The position numbers and the translations under genes were made by a program. A stretch of 58,613 nt of DNA, the filler included, from an uncultured bacterium (GTDB lineage: Bacteria; Armatimonadota; Abditibacteriia; Abditibacteriales; Abditibacteriaceae): the NCBI GenBank assembly GCA_963843795.1. It is 4 parts of 4 records of this genome, joined end to end, with 100 filler letters (N's around TTAATTAATTAA, not from the genome) between each part and the next. Parts side by side here need not be neighbours in the genome. Positions count along the whole stretch, not along the records: positions 38,553 to 58,613 come from CAWJLW010000008.1; 3 more parts are not named here. One strand, 5' to 3'. Shown in pieces: positions 39,921 to 50,600 of the stretch. Each line of letters opens with the position of its first letter. Positions within the stretch are counted from its first letter, which is position 1. Under the pieces are notes generated by a model. It was not told the DNA's origin, made no database searches, and saw only the letters and a program-made list of their open reading frames with translations.

Positions 39921-42900
39921 ATGAAATCGCACACCGAGCAAAAGTTTGAAGACGAGATCGTCGAATATCTCAGCGCGCACGACTGGCATCTGGGCCACAA
40001 CACGGGCTATTCGCGCGAACTGGCGTTGTATCTTCCCGATGTGGAAGCGTGGCTGCAAGCAAACCCAGCCCGATCAATGGGCCAAAATCGAGAAAACGCA
40101 GGGCGCAAACACCCTGCAAGTACTTGCCAGTGCGTCTGGCGCAATCGCTCGATCAGAACGGCCCGCTGCACGTTTTGCGCAACGGCTTCAAACACATCAA
40201 CGCGCAGTTCGCGATGTGCCAGTGGCAGCCGGAAAACACTCTCAATCCGACCACGCTCGAACGCTTTGCTCAGGTGCGCTGTACCGTGATGCGTCAGGTG
40301 CGTTATTCGCTGCACAACGAAAATAGCATCGACTTGGTGTTTTTCGTCAACGGCATTCCGACCGCAACGCTGGAACTCAAAACCGATTTCACCCAGACCG
40401 TGCAGGATGCCATCCGGCAATATAAGCACGACCGCCCGCCGCGCGACCCCAAAGCCAACGCCGATGAGCCGTTGCTCGCTTTCAACCGGCGCGCTCTGGT
40501 GCATTTCGCCACCAGCAGCCACGAAGTCCACATGACGACGCGGCTCGAAGGCCCGAAAACCCGCTTTCTGCCCTTCAATCAGGGCCACGATGAAGGCGCG
40601 GGCAATCCGCCCAACCCCGATGGCTACGCGACTTCGTATTTGTGGGAGCAAGTACTTGCGCGCGACACCTGGCTCGATATTCTGCGCCGCTTCGCGCACA
40701 GCGAAACCAAAACTTCGACCGATGCTCAGGGCAAAACCACGACGCGCCAAAGCCTGATTTTTCCGCGCTACCACCAGTGGCAAGCCGTCACGCAGTCTAG
40801 TCGAAGCCGCGCGCAAGGAAGGCGCGGGCCACAATTATCTGATTCAACATTCGGCGGGTTCGGGCAAAAGCAACTCGATCGCCTGGCTCGCGCACCGTCT
40901 GGCCTCCTTGCACGATGCCCAAGGCGCGGCGCGCGTTTTCGATTCGGTGATCGTGGTCACAGATCGCAACGTGCTCGATAGCCAGTTGCAAGAAACCATT
41001 TATCAGTTCGATCACAAAAGCGGCGTCGTGGTCGGCATCAGCGAAAAAGGCGGCTCCAAGTCGTCGCAGTTGGCCACAGCACTGGCCAACAACACGCCGA
41101 TCATCATCGTCACGCTGCAAACTTTCCCCTTTGTGCTCGAAGCCATCAAGCAACAAAGCTCGCTCAAAGCGCGCCGTTTCGCCGTCATCGCCGACGAAGC
41201 CCACTCCTCACAAAGCGGAGCCGCTGCCAGTGGATTGGCGCAAGTTCTTGCCAGCGAGACCAACGAAGACGGCGTGCCGATCGGTGTCGAAGATGTGATG
41301 ACGGCCAACATGGAAGACCGCGCCAAACATCACAACGTGTCGTATTTCGCTTTCACCGCGACGCCCAAGCCGCGCACGCTGGAACGCTTTGGCCGCGTGC
41401 CCGACCCGACACAGCCACCTTCGAAAACCAACGCGCCCGCAGCGTTTCACGTCTATTCGATGCGTCAGGCCATCGAAGAAGAATTCATTCTGGATGTGCT
41501 GGAAAACTTCACGCCCTACAAAATGGCTTTCAGATTGGTTCACGACGGGCAGGATTACGACGATGATGAAGTCGATCAATCGCGCGCGCTCAAATCTCTC
41601 ATGCGCTGGGTGCGTTTGCACCCGCACAACATCAGCCAGAAAGTGCAAATCATCGTCGAGCACTTTCGCAGCAACGTGGCCGCGCTTCTCGATGGCCGCG
41701 CCAAAGCGATGGTCGTCACCGATTCGCGCCAGGCTGCCGTGCGCTACAAGCTGGCCATCGACAAATACATCAAAGAGCAGGGCTATAATCTGGGCACACT
41801 GGTGGCGTTTTCGGGCGAAGTCAACGATAGCCAAAGTGGGCCGCAAGCGTTTTCGGAAAGTAACATGAACGCGAACTTGAAAGGCCGCGATATTCGCACC
41901 GCCTTCAACAGCGATGAGTTTCAAATCTTGCTGGTCGCCAACAAGTTTCAAACCGGCTTCGATCAACCGTTGCTGTGCGCGATGTATGTCGATAAACGGC
42001 TCGATGGCATCACCGCCGTGCAAACTCTGTCGCGCCTCAATCGCATCTATCCCGGCAAAGAAACCACCTATGTTCTGGATTTCGTCAACGAGCCGCAAGA
42101 CATTCTCGACGCCTTTTTGCCCTATTACAAAACCGCGCAACTGAGCGGCGTCAGCGACCCCAACCAAATCCACGACACTCCAAGGCAAGCTCGATCTGTC
42201 GCAAATCTACACCGACGAGGAAGTCGAACAGTTCGCCCAGGCATTCTACACGCCCCGCACCCGACAAGCCGCACTGCAAGCCGCTATCTCGCCCGCTGTC
42301 AATCGCTTCCGCACGCGCTGGAAAACCGCCCAAGACGCGGAGGACAAAAAAACTCTCGACGAACTGATACTCTTCCGCAAAGATTTGGCGACCTTTGTGC
42401 GGATGTATGATTTTCTTTCGCAGATCATCAACTACGGCGATACCGCGCTCGAAAGTCGCAACATCTTTTATCGCCACCTGCTGCCCCAGCTCAAAACCGA
42501 GAATCTGGACGAAGCCATCGACTTATCCAAAGTGCAGCTCAGCCACTACAAGCTTAAAGACAGCGGACAGCGCAATCTGGGTTTGAACGGCTCCAGCGAC
42601 GAAGCGCTGCTCGATCCGGCAACGGCTGCCGGTTCGGGCATGGCCCAAGACCCGGCCAAAGCACACCTCAAAGAGATCATCGCGCGCATGAACGACGTGT
42701 TCGAAGGCGAAGTCTCCGAAGCCGACGCGCTCACCTTTGCCCTTGGCGTGCGGGATAAGATGCTGGAAAACACGGATTTGCAACGGCAGGCCCGCCACAA
42801 TACCAAAGAACAATTCGAGCTGGGCGACTTCCGCACCGCGCTCGAAGATGCGGTGATTGACAGCTTGGACAATTATCAGGATAAAGCCGGTCAGGTGCTA

Positions 42901-42990
42901 AGCAACGACAAAACCCGCGCCGCTTTCACCAAAATGATGCTCGATATGGTGTACGAACCCCTAAAGCAACGCAGCAGCACTGCGCCGTGA
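39921..42990 (+). pseudogene. hsdR: Type I R-M restriction subunit, several frameshifts
   Basis: IDLVFFVNGIPTATLELK, FLPFNQG, QHSAGSGKSNSI, VVTDRNVLD, IADEAHSSQ, FTATPK, NKFQTGFDQP, QTLSRLNR split over several frames. Confidence 0.93.
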
Positions 42991-43138
42991 AAACGTTTTA
43001 ACAACTACAGATTTCGTGGCAATAATTAGCGGGAAGTAATTTTTCCGACCAGTCGCGCAATGGGTAATCGCCTCTGCGTGGGCACCCGTTGAGAATCATC
43101 TACCGACCCCGCAAGGGGGGGGGCTCAAACCCGAAAAA

Positions 43139-43374
43139 GTGCGTGGTTTTGCGGGGTCAAAACGCCCTTTTGTTCACGCAAAACCACGCACCGGAAAGAG
43201 TCTAAACCCCTGAAATCTGTGGGGTTCTATGGGGTCGAAACGTCCTTTTACCCGGACAAAACTGCGCATTCTGCTCCCCGTTTCAAGTGCAGAAAATTGG
43301 ACTTTGGGAGGGATGTGAACCCCAAAGGTGCGTCATTTTGCGGCGTTTTGCGGCGTTTTGTGGCGTTTTGCGGC
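43139..43374. repeat. Non-coding repeat cluster (15-bp IR, 19-bp DR pair, 10-bp tandem)
   Basis: GTGCGTGGTTTTGCG 43139-43153 / 43177-43191; GGGGTCRAAACGYCCTTTT at 43153 and 43231; about 4 copies of TTTTGCGGCG at 43337-43374. Confidence 0.8.
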
Positions 43375-43449
43375 TTCGTTTCATCATTGATGCGCGCGAG
43401 AGCAGCTTCAAATTAACCCTGCTGTTCTCTCCCTGCGTAGATCAAAAAA

Positions 43450-43479
43450 AACGCCGCTGCAAGTACTTGCAGCGGCGTT
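43450..43479. repeat. Perfect 30-bp palindrome centred on GCAAGTACTTGC (REP-like)
   Basis: AACGCCGCTGCAAGT|ACTTGCAGCGGCGTT; a near-identical inverted copy is at 50190-50224. Confidence 0.9.
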
Positions 43480-43621
43480 GGCCAGATCGAATTGAATGTG
43501 ACACTTCAAACGCCACACTTCAATTATAACGCCCGGACGACAATCAGGAAACGTTGCCACCCGCCCTCTATTGAAGCGGTTCCAATTACAAAACTTGCAG
43601 CACCGTTTTACAATAAAGGCT

Positions 43622-43900
43622 ATGAGCGAACAAATTCCTGATGCCGTGCGCGCATATCTGAGCGCTATCGGTAGCAAAAAGACGGAAGCAAAAATGAAAT
43701 CGGCGCGCGCCAACTTAGCGCTTGGCCCAGCATCACGTCGGCGCGATCCGTTGGAATTGCCTTGCACTTGTGGCGGTGGCGACGTGTTGAAAGTGAAGGC
43801 GTATAAAACGACATGCCCGCGCGTGCGCTTGCTTTATCAACGCGAGCGCACGGCGCAACAGCGGGCTGAAAAAGTGGCGCAAGTCGCAGCGGCCAAATGA
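43622..43900 (+). CDS. Small basic hypothetical protein (CxC...C), phage/plasmid-like
   Basis: YLSAIGSKKTEAKMKSARAN...PCTCGGG...TTCPR. Confidence 0.6.
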   Translation: MSEQIPDAVRAYLSAIGSKKTEAKMKSARANLALGPASRRRDPLELPCTCGGGDVLKVKAYKTTCPRVRLLYQRERTAQQRAEKVAQVAAAK

Positions 43901-44279
43901 AGCTGCAAGTTACTTGCAAGGCCAAAATCGGCGATTAATAGCAAAGCCTGTGACCGCTGCACAGCATGAACCGACAAAACAAGTGACCCCACGAAGGAAT
44001 GAGCTTATGACCCGACGTTTAAAATTTTCACCCGAACTGGAAAAGCGGCTGCAAGTTACTTGCAGCGCGCAGTAGCACCAGTTTGGCGCGGCACGAATGC
44101 GCGCGGACTGGCTTTGGCTCAGTGTGGTGTTTGCGTGCGTGTGGTGTTTGGCAGTCGTGAGGCGCATTATTTGAAACGGCGCTGCAAGTCCAACGACTTG
44201 TCGTACTGGCAGGACGAAAAACTGGCCTGATTGTCTGCTATGTTTGTAGTCTGTTGTATTATTGATTACAATTATATGC

Positions 44280-44564
44280 ATGATCGTCTCGTTTAAATCC
44301 AAGCCGCTACGCAAGTTGTTTGAAGAAGGCGATTCTGCCGGTATCCATCCGCAATGGAAAATGAAATTACGGGTACGCATGGCCCGGCTGGACGCGGCCA
44401 CAACAATTGCTGAAATGGACGTTGCAGGCTGGAATTTGCACGAACTGACGGGCAATCGCAAAGGCGAATGGAGCGTGAAAGTCACGGCCAACGTGCGCCT
44501 GACTTTCGGCTTCGATGATGAGGAAAACGAAGCCTACGACGTGGACGTAGAAGATTACCACTGA
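44280..44564 (+). CDS. higB: HigB (RelE/ParE-family) toxin
   Basis: MIVSFKSKPLRKLFEEGD...WNLHELTGNRKGEWSVKVTANVRLTF...DYH. Confidence 0.93.
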   Translation: MIVSFKSKPLRKLFEEGDSAGIHPQWKMKLRVRMARLDAATTIAEMDVAGWNLHELTGNRKGEWSVKVTANVRLTFGFDDEENEAYDVDVEDYH

Positions 44565-44630
44565 AGGGCAACTCGTGAAGCGAACGGTGAAGCAACCCGT
44601 GAGACGACCAAGTGAGGCGATGAAGCAACT

Positions 44631-44963
44631 ATGAGTAGAGATTACAAGAACCGCGAGGAACAGTTGATGCGGCGCACGGCGCGCCCGTTGACGCCCGGAC
44701 AGGTGGCAGCGGAGATGACCGAGGAACTCGGCCTGACTCAGACCGAGTTGGCACGGCGCCTGGGTGTGTCGCGCGTCACGGTGAACGAATTGTTTAACAA
44801 TCACCGTTCGCTCACACCAGACATGGCACAGCGACTGGGCCGCTTTTTTGGCGATGGAGCCGCCATCTGGTTGAAGATGCAGGCGACCGTCGATTTATGG
44901 GATGCGCTGCACATGGACGATGCGCCCTATCAGGAGATCGAGCCATTCAAAATAGCTGCCTGA
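44631..44963 (+). CDS. higA: HigA antitoxin (HTH-XRE)
   Basis: TPGQV...LTQTELARRLGVSRVTVNEL...LTPDMAQRLGRFFG...WLKMQ. Confidence 0.93.
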   Translation: MSRDYKNREEQLMRRTARPLTPGQVAAEMTEELGLTQTELARRLGVSRVTVNELFNNHRSLTPDMAQRLGRFFGDGAAIWLKMQATVDLWDALHMDDAPYQEIEPFKIAA

Positions 44964-45180
44964 AAGTGCATGACAGAATTTTTGCAGGGCCAAAACGCCA
45001 TGATCAACGAAAAAGACAAGGAAATAACGCCCGACGAATTGACCGCGGAAATCGTTTGCGATGGCGCGCCATGTCCGGCGTGCTGTGGCGGCTGTGAGTT
45101 TGTCGCCGTCGATCTCTGGCAATGAGAAAACTGTAGCGCGGTTGTGAGCGCGCAGCAGATCATGGAAGGGCCAAACTGCT

Positions 45181-45914
45181 ATGAGCGATGAAAACGCGAG
45201 CGATGAAGATTGGGTTTCCGTGGCAGAGGCGGCGGCGCTAATGAAGGTATCGCCGCGCACAGTGCGACGACGTTGCGAAGCGGGCGAAATTATCGCCGAA
45301 CTCGAAGCCAGCGAAAACGGGACGGGCGGGCTTGCGTGGCGCATTGATGCGACCAGCATCGCAGTCGTAGGAAATGTAGAAAATGACCGCGCGGCCAAGC
45401 GAACGGACACCAATCAAGCACAAAATCAGACCGCGCGGACAAAAACGATGGCCGCGCGGACAGGCGCGCGGCCAAGCGGACGGACAGAGGCAGACGGTCA
45501 AATGTGGGCGGTTCTGGTGGCAGAAAAAGACGCGCGCATTGACGACTTGCGGGAGCAATTGGAAGCGGCGCGCGAGAAGCAGCAGCGCGTTTGCAGATTG
45601 AAGCGGCCAACCGCGCTTTATCGGAAACCAATGCTTCACTACGTGAGGCGCTCAAAATGTCGCATCGCGCCTTGAATGAAGGCGCGGCCAAACCCGTGGA
45701 ATTCGACGGGAATAGCGATGTGCAAGTACTTGCAGGGGAGCAAAGCGGCGCGCCGACAGTGGGCGAATTGCGGGCGCAACGTAACGCAAACGATACAATG
45801 ATGCCCGACGCAGCGAACGCGCGAAATATGGAAAGTCCGGCGCGACAGCGACCGGTCAGCAAAGATGAAAAAGGTTTGCGCGGCTTTTTGCTTCGATTGT
45901 TGAAATCAGCATGA
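45181..45914 (+). CDS. Excisionase-like HTH plus coiled-coil protein (frameshift near 45590)
   Basis: WVSVAEAAALMKVSPRTVRRRC...WRI; EKDARIDDLREQL continues in ORF 45591..45914, ending KGLRGFLLRLLK. Confidence 0.7.
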
Positions 45915-46381
45915 CCAAAAATGAGGAGAGCAAAGGAATGAGCGAATTTATAGCACGAGATTTACAGGGACAGAGCGCGCCAGCCCCAGCCCGCACACCA
46001 ACCAAAAACGGTGTGCGTACTGCTTACTGCCATGCCCCGTCCTGCCCAGAGCGTCTGGGATATTGGAATGAGAGAAAAGCCTTTTGCCCAAGTGAAGGCT
46101 ATCGCTTTCGGCCAGAAAGCGGCATTTTTCGCAAAAGCTCACGATCTGCGGCACGGCACTCTGAAGAGTCTAGTCGCGGATCATTTATGGGGGGAACATT
46201 TCCCGGAGCGGCCAAACTTGCCAAAAAGGTTCGTCGCCAAAGACAACACTCCTTGAATCGGACTTACTCTCCTTGGTCTGGCAATTTGAAAATGATTTGT
46301 AGCCAGTGCAAACGATGCTCGGTTATAATTCAAAAAGCGGAAGAGAATCTATGTAAAATAGAGGTGTATCCGTACGAGTAA
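45911..46381 (+). CDS. Hypothetical protein with Cys motifs
   Basis: CHAPSC and CSQC motifs; start overlaps the previous stop. Confidence 0.5.
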   Translation: MTKNEESKGMSEFIARDLQGQSAPAPARTPTKNGVRTAYCHAPSCPERLGYWNERKAFCPSEGYRFRPESGIFRKSSRSAARHSEESSRGSFMGGTFPGAAKLAKKVRRQRQHSLNRTYSPWSGNLKMICSQCKRCSVIIQKAEENLCKIEVYPYE

Positions 46382-46797
46382 TCACTCGCAAAAATTGAAT
46401 AGAGAAGAGCCAACCCCGGCTTCTAATTGTGGCATTTTCTGCATTTGCTTTGTTTCTTTGAAATGGGCGAGAGCAGGTTTTGTCACAGCCGAAAGTGGGG
46501 AAGTTCTTCAAGCGCCGCCACAAAAAAGCGCCCGCGTTTCCCTGATCGTTGCGACAAAAGCCTTGCTTTTAAAGCAGAACGATCAAAGACGCGGGCGCTT
46601 TTCGTTTTATAGGAGCTTTTTGCCAGAGCCGGGAAAGCCGCCGTAAACGCGATTTTGAAGGAAGCAACAGCAGAAGGACGCAGCTCAAATTAGATAAGTC
46701 ACCAGCTCATAGACGCCAAAAAACCCTCGGTCGGCTAACCGAGGGCAAAGGCTTGAGCGGGCGGCTCAAATTTCGCAACCTGAACGGAGGCTGCACA

Positions 46798-49503
46798 ATG
46801 AATTTTGACGCATCACAGCCAGTTTCGCAACCGAAGGCCCACACCAACGGCCACGCCACAGCCACCAAAATACCGCCGCAGGTCCAATTGGTAACATCGC
46901 GCGACCTATTAGAAGCGCACGGCAACAGCCAGCAGAATGGTAAAGCGCAAGTACTTGCAGCACCGGCAACCACAACCCAAAACGGCCACGTTACGGCGCA
47001 AGATCGCGCCGAAAGTGAACCCTACTTCAATGCTGATGCGATGCGAACCGGCACACTGAAGCCAGATCACCGCGAAAAGCTCAAAGCTGAATCCGGCCTC
47101 AGCGATGAAGCCATTAATGCGCGTGGTTATTGGACGTGCGAAGAAGGTGGCAAAGCTACCCTAAAGTACTTGGGCTTGTCCGCCGATTTGGGCAGATGTC
47201 TCATCATACCGCTATGGAACCATCGCGGCGAACGTGCCGGACACATCGCGCGGCTCGACAATCCCATCAAAGGCAAGCCCAAATATCGCTTTCCCAAAGG
47301 TGCAACCAATGTTTTGGATGTGAACCCACTGGTGCGCGGCTTATTGGACGACCCGAACGTTCCGCTTCTCGTCACCGAAGGAGCCAAGACCGCCGATTCT
47401 GCCAACTCGCGCGGTCTGTGCTGCATCAATCTCAACGGCGTGTATGGGTTTCGTGGTACCAACGACAAAGGCGGTATCGCAACGCTGGCCGCGCTCAACG
47501 AAATAGTTTTCACCGGCAAAAAGCCCAGCGGCGAAAAATTTGGGCGCGTGGTGTATGTGACTTTCGATTCCGATGTGACCGTGAATCCCAAAGTCGAAAA
47601 GGCGTTGCGCAACTTTTCCGCAGTGTCTGCCAGTCGCGGCGCGATTGTCAAAATCGTGACTTTTGAAGCGGCGGCCAACGGCGACAAAACCGGTATGGAC
47701 GAATTTTTCGCTCGCGATGGCGGCACCGTTGAAAAGTTGTTTTCGATGGCGCGCGACTTAGAAAGCGAAAGTGAACGCAAGCGCCGCCAAGCCAGCGATA
47801 AGGATAAAAATCCCTACACCATCGAAGGTGGTTGCATCGTGATGCAAACCGAGCGCGCATTTGGCGCTGGAACGGTAATAGTTGCCGATTTCGCGGCGCA
47901 TATCACTGAGGAGATCATCAGTGAAAATGGCGAGCGGATGTATTGCATCGAAGGAAAAACACGCTATGGCGATGCGATCAAAGTCGATATTGAAGCCAAG
48001 ACCTTTGATGACGATTACACACTCAAACGACAAATGGGCGCGGCGGCGGGCGCGCGTGCCGCCATTAGAGCAGGCGCGGCCAAACATATTGGCCCTGCGA
48101 TCAAACTGCTGAGTACAAGCGAGCGGCGCATTACTAAGCGCTTTGATCGCACCGGTTGGCACGATGAAAAATTCTTGATACCAGGTCGCATCCGTGATGG
48201 GCAGCAAATCGTTCTACCCGACGACTTGCCCTATTTCATCGACCCCGCAGCGCAATTGGGCTTGGGACTGGAAGCACTGGAAGCACTTATCGAAGCACAG
48301 GAAATCCAGGCGACGGCACCTTTGCTGGCGGCCTACCTTCAAGCACCATTTGCGCCCAGAGCGGCCTTCAAGAAGCGATACGCAGTTGCTGCAATAGGAC
48401 GAACAGGCACATTCAAAACCACTGTTAACCAACTGCTTATGTCCATCTATGGGCCTAAATTCGCAGATGATGAATATCTGACGCGTTGGGGCGAAGGTGC
48501 AACACGCAATGCCATTCTAAAGCAGGGAACCTACTGCCACGATATGCCCTCGATTACGGACAATTTTAAACCCAATATCGGACGGGCAGGCGATTTTGCG
48601 GCGCTGGTGAACAGCATTGTCGAAGGCGGCGAAAAGAAGCGGCTCGATAGCAACTCCGACTTAAAAGCGTCCAAGTCTATCCGCACCGTGCCAATCTTTA
48701 CCGGTGAGGATATTCCCGATGATGACCCGGCTACATTAGCACGCGTGTTAATTATCCCATTTCCAGTTTTCGGGCAGCGGATGAACCGCAACCTATCCAA
48801 AGCGCAAGTAAGCGCGCACCATTTATGCGCGGTTGGTGGCGCTTGGCTGGATTGGCTGGAAAGCGATGAAGGCGCGATTATCGCCAACCGAGCAGGACAG
48901 ATGTTTGGGGACCGGCGCGACGCTTGGGCGCAAGTTCTCTACAATCACAACAACGACACACAAAATGCCTTTCGCATCGCTTCAAACTTGGCCACCAACG
49001 AGCTGACGTGGTGGGCCATGCGCCACTGCCCAGTACTTGCCCAAATTGCTGAGAAGTTCAGTGATGCGCACGCGAAAGGCTTACTGGAAATTTCTAAGGC
49101 GATGGCAGCCAATACTGCCGAATCGTTGGAAGCGTCGCGCTACCTATCTGCAATTCGTGAATTGCTCGCCAGTGGAAAATGTATTCTCCTCAACCGCCAC
49201 GCCTCAATCTCGGACAGTGGAAAAAATGGCAGCGTGATCGGATATGAGGACGACAACGGAGCCTACATTCTCCCCGGCGTAGCACGCGCAGAAATTGAAA
49301 AGAATTTGGGAAAGGATAGGTTGGGCGGTGTTACTGATCGTACCATTTACGATCAGCTAAAACAGTTGGATGCAATTCAAAGTAGTGAGGAAGGTCGAAA
49401 AACACAAAAGATTCGCATCCCCTGTGGGCGAACCCAAAGAGTTCTTCATCTGAAGGAATTGGCGCTGAACGAAAACAAATTGCATGGAGACAACGATGAG
49501 TAA
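46798..49503 (+). CDS. DUF3854 (Toprim-like) primase fused to a helicase-like domain; phage-satellite/plasmid replication protein
   Basis: ESGLSDE.I.ARG, KPKYRFPKG, LLVTEGAKTAD, VYVTFDSDV, KTGMDEF; C-terminal GRTGTFKT P-loop; GGAGG RBS before ATG 46798. Confidence 0.85.
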   Translation: MNFDASQPVSQPKAHTNGHATATKIPPQVQLVTSRDLLEAHGNSQQNGKAQVLAAPATTTQNGHVTAQDRAESEPYFNADAMRTGTLKPDHREKLKAESGLSDEAINARGYWTCEEGGKATLKYLGLSADLGRCLIIPLWNHRGERAGHIARLDNPIKGKPKYRFPKGATNVLDVNPLVRGLLDDPNVPLLVTEGAKTADSANSRGLCCINLNGVYGFRGTNDKGGIATLAALNEIVFTGKKPSGEKFGRVVYVTFDSDVTVNPKVEKALRNFSAVSASRGAIVKIVTFEAAANGDKTGMDEFFARDGGTVEKLFSMARDLESESERKRRQASDKDKNPYTIEGGCIVMQTERAFGAGTVIVADFAAHITEEIISENGERMYCIEGKTRYGDAIKVDIEAKTFDDDYTLKRQMGAAAGARAAIRAGAAKHIGPAIKLLSTSERRITKRFDRTGWHDEKFLIPGRIRDGQQIVLPDDLPYFIDPAAQLGLGLEALEALIEAQEIQATAPLLAAYLQAPFAPRAAFKKRYAVAAIGRTGTFKTTVNQLLMSIYGPKFADDEYLTRWGEGATRNAILKQGTYCHDMPSITDNFKPNIGRAGDFAALVNSIVEGGEKKRLDSNSDLKASKSIRTVPIFTGEDIPDDDPATLARVLIIPFPVFGQRMNRNLSKAQVSAHHLCAVGGAWLDWLESDEGAIIANRAGQMFGDRRDAWAQVLYNHNNDTQNAFRIASNLATNELTWWAMRHCPVLAQIAEKFSDAHAKGLLEISKAMAANTAESLEASRYLSAIRELLASGKCILLNRHASISDSGKNGSVIGYEDDNGAYILPGVARAEIEKNLGKDRLGGVTDRTIYDQLKQLDAIQSSEEGRKTQKIRIPCGRTQRVLHLKELALNENKLHGDNDE

Positions 49504-50164
49504 TCAAGATTCGATTCTCCCACCTCTGCCGCTCTTTGTTTTCCACGATGAGCAGCGCATTGTTCCCGGCGTTGTTCCCGCTTGTTCCCGGAAGCGAAAT
49601 TACACTCCGGGAACAAGCGGGAACAAAATGGCCAATGATACTCACGTTTTTTCCGAAAAAATACAAAATGTTCCCGCTGTTCCCGCAAAAAAATGCATAC
49701 AAGCTACGTTACGAGAAAACTGCGAAAAAGCCTTTATTTGTTCTGAATATAGCAAAGAAGAAGAAATTTCCGACCATTCCTTTTTTTTTGCGGGAACAGC
49801 GGGAACAGAGCACAAAACCGCACCCGCAAGTACTTGCAGCACCCTGAAACGCATTGTTCTCCCATCTCCTACCCTCGCCCAGTGGGAAGGCATGAACGCC
49901 CGCACGTATTCCGCCGCTGCTCTGCTGCGACAGCGACTTGTGGCGTCGGGCTTCGATCTGCGCGTATCGCGTGAGGCGGGCGCGCTGCGCTTCGACGAGC
50001 CGCGCCTGCTCATTGAATACCAGAGCATCGCGCCCGACGATTGGAACGCGATTTTTAAATATCGCACCGAGCTTTTCCACCAGCTTGGCCCGCCCACGCC
50101 GCACATTGCAGAGTTTGACGCGGGCGCCGCCTACACCGCCGCGCCTTCAAACGCATCCGCATAA
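49496..50164 (+). CDS. Hypothetical protein reading through the iteron cluster
   Basis: Start overlaps the primase stop; VPAVPA repeats derive from the iterons; the C-terminus resembles small primase-associated domains. Confidence 0.45.
   Translation: MSNQDSILPPLPLFVFHDEQRIVPGVVPACSRKRNYTPGTSGNKMANDTHVFSEKIQNVPAVPAKKCIQATLRENCEKAFICSEYSKEEEISDHSFFFAGTAGTEHKTAPASTCSTLKRIVLPSPTLAQWEGMNARTYSAAALLRQRLVASGFDLRVSREAGALRFDEPRLLIEYQSIAPDDWNAIFKYRTELFHQLGPPTPHIAEFDAGAAYTAAPSNASA
49561..49807. promoter_or_regulatory. Putative P4-like replication origin: nine TGTTCCCG octamers in both orientations
   Basis: TGTTCCCG at 49561, 49573, 49583, 49669, 49678; CGGGAACA at 49608, 49618, 49791, 49800; AT-rich spacers. 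Confidence 0.7.
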
Positions 50165-50255
50165 TTTCCCGTCACAAGACAATCTGAATTGGCCAACGCC
50201 GCTGCGAGTACTTGCAGCGGCGTTTTGCGTTTTTCAGGACGAGATCACAGGACAA

Positions 50256-50510
50256 ATGATGAAACCCAACTTTGCAACCTACGCCCGCACCCAGCACAGC
50301 AACCCAACGGACAGCAGCCCCGCCGACCGCGCCCAACGCACAGCGCTCGACAAATCCCAGCTCGCCGACGAGCTGGCCAGCACACGCGAGGCGCTCATCA
50401 ATCAACTCGAAACCGACTGCGACTTTGCGCGCAGGACAACAATCCTCGACGACGATCAAATAATCGCGGCGATTACGATTGTCAAAGCGCGCATCGCCGC
50501 GCGCGGTTGA
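50256..50510 (+). CDS. Small hypothetical protein
   Basis: ATG after AGGA; helical ~84-aa product. Confidence 0.45.
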   Translation: MMKPNFATYARTQHSNPTDSSPADRAQRTALDKSQLADELASTREALINQLETDCDFARRTTILDDDQIIAAITIVKARIAARG

Positions 50511-50600
50511 TGAAGCGTGAAGCCAGACTCGAAGCCCAGGACGAGGTGCACCAGAGCAGCCAGCAACCGGCAGCGCGCCCGCCAGCCACGCACAATACAT

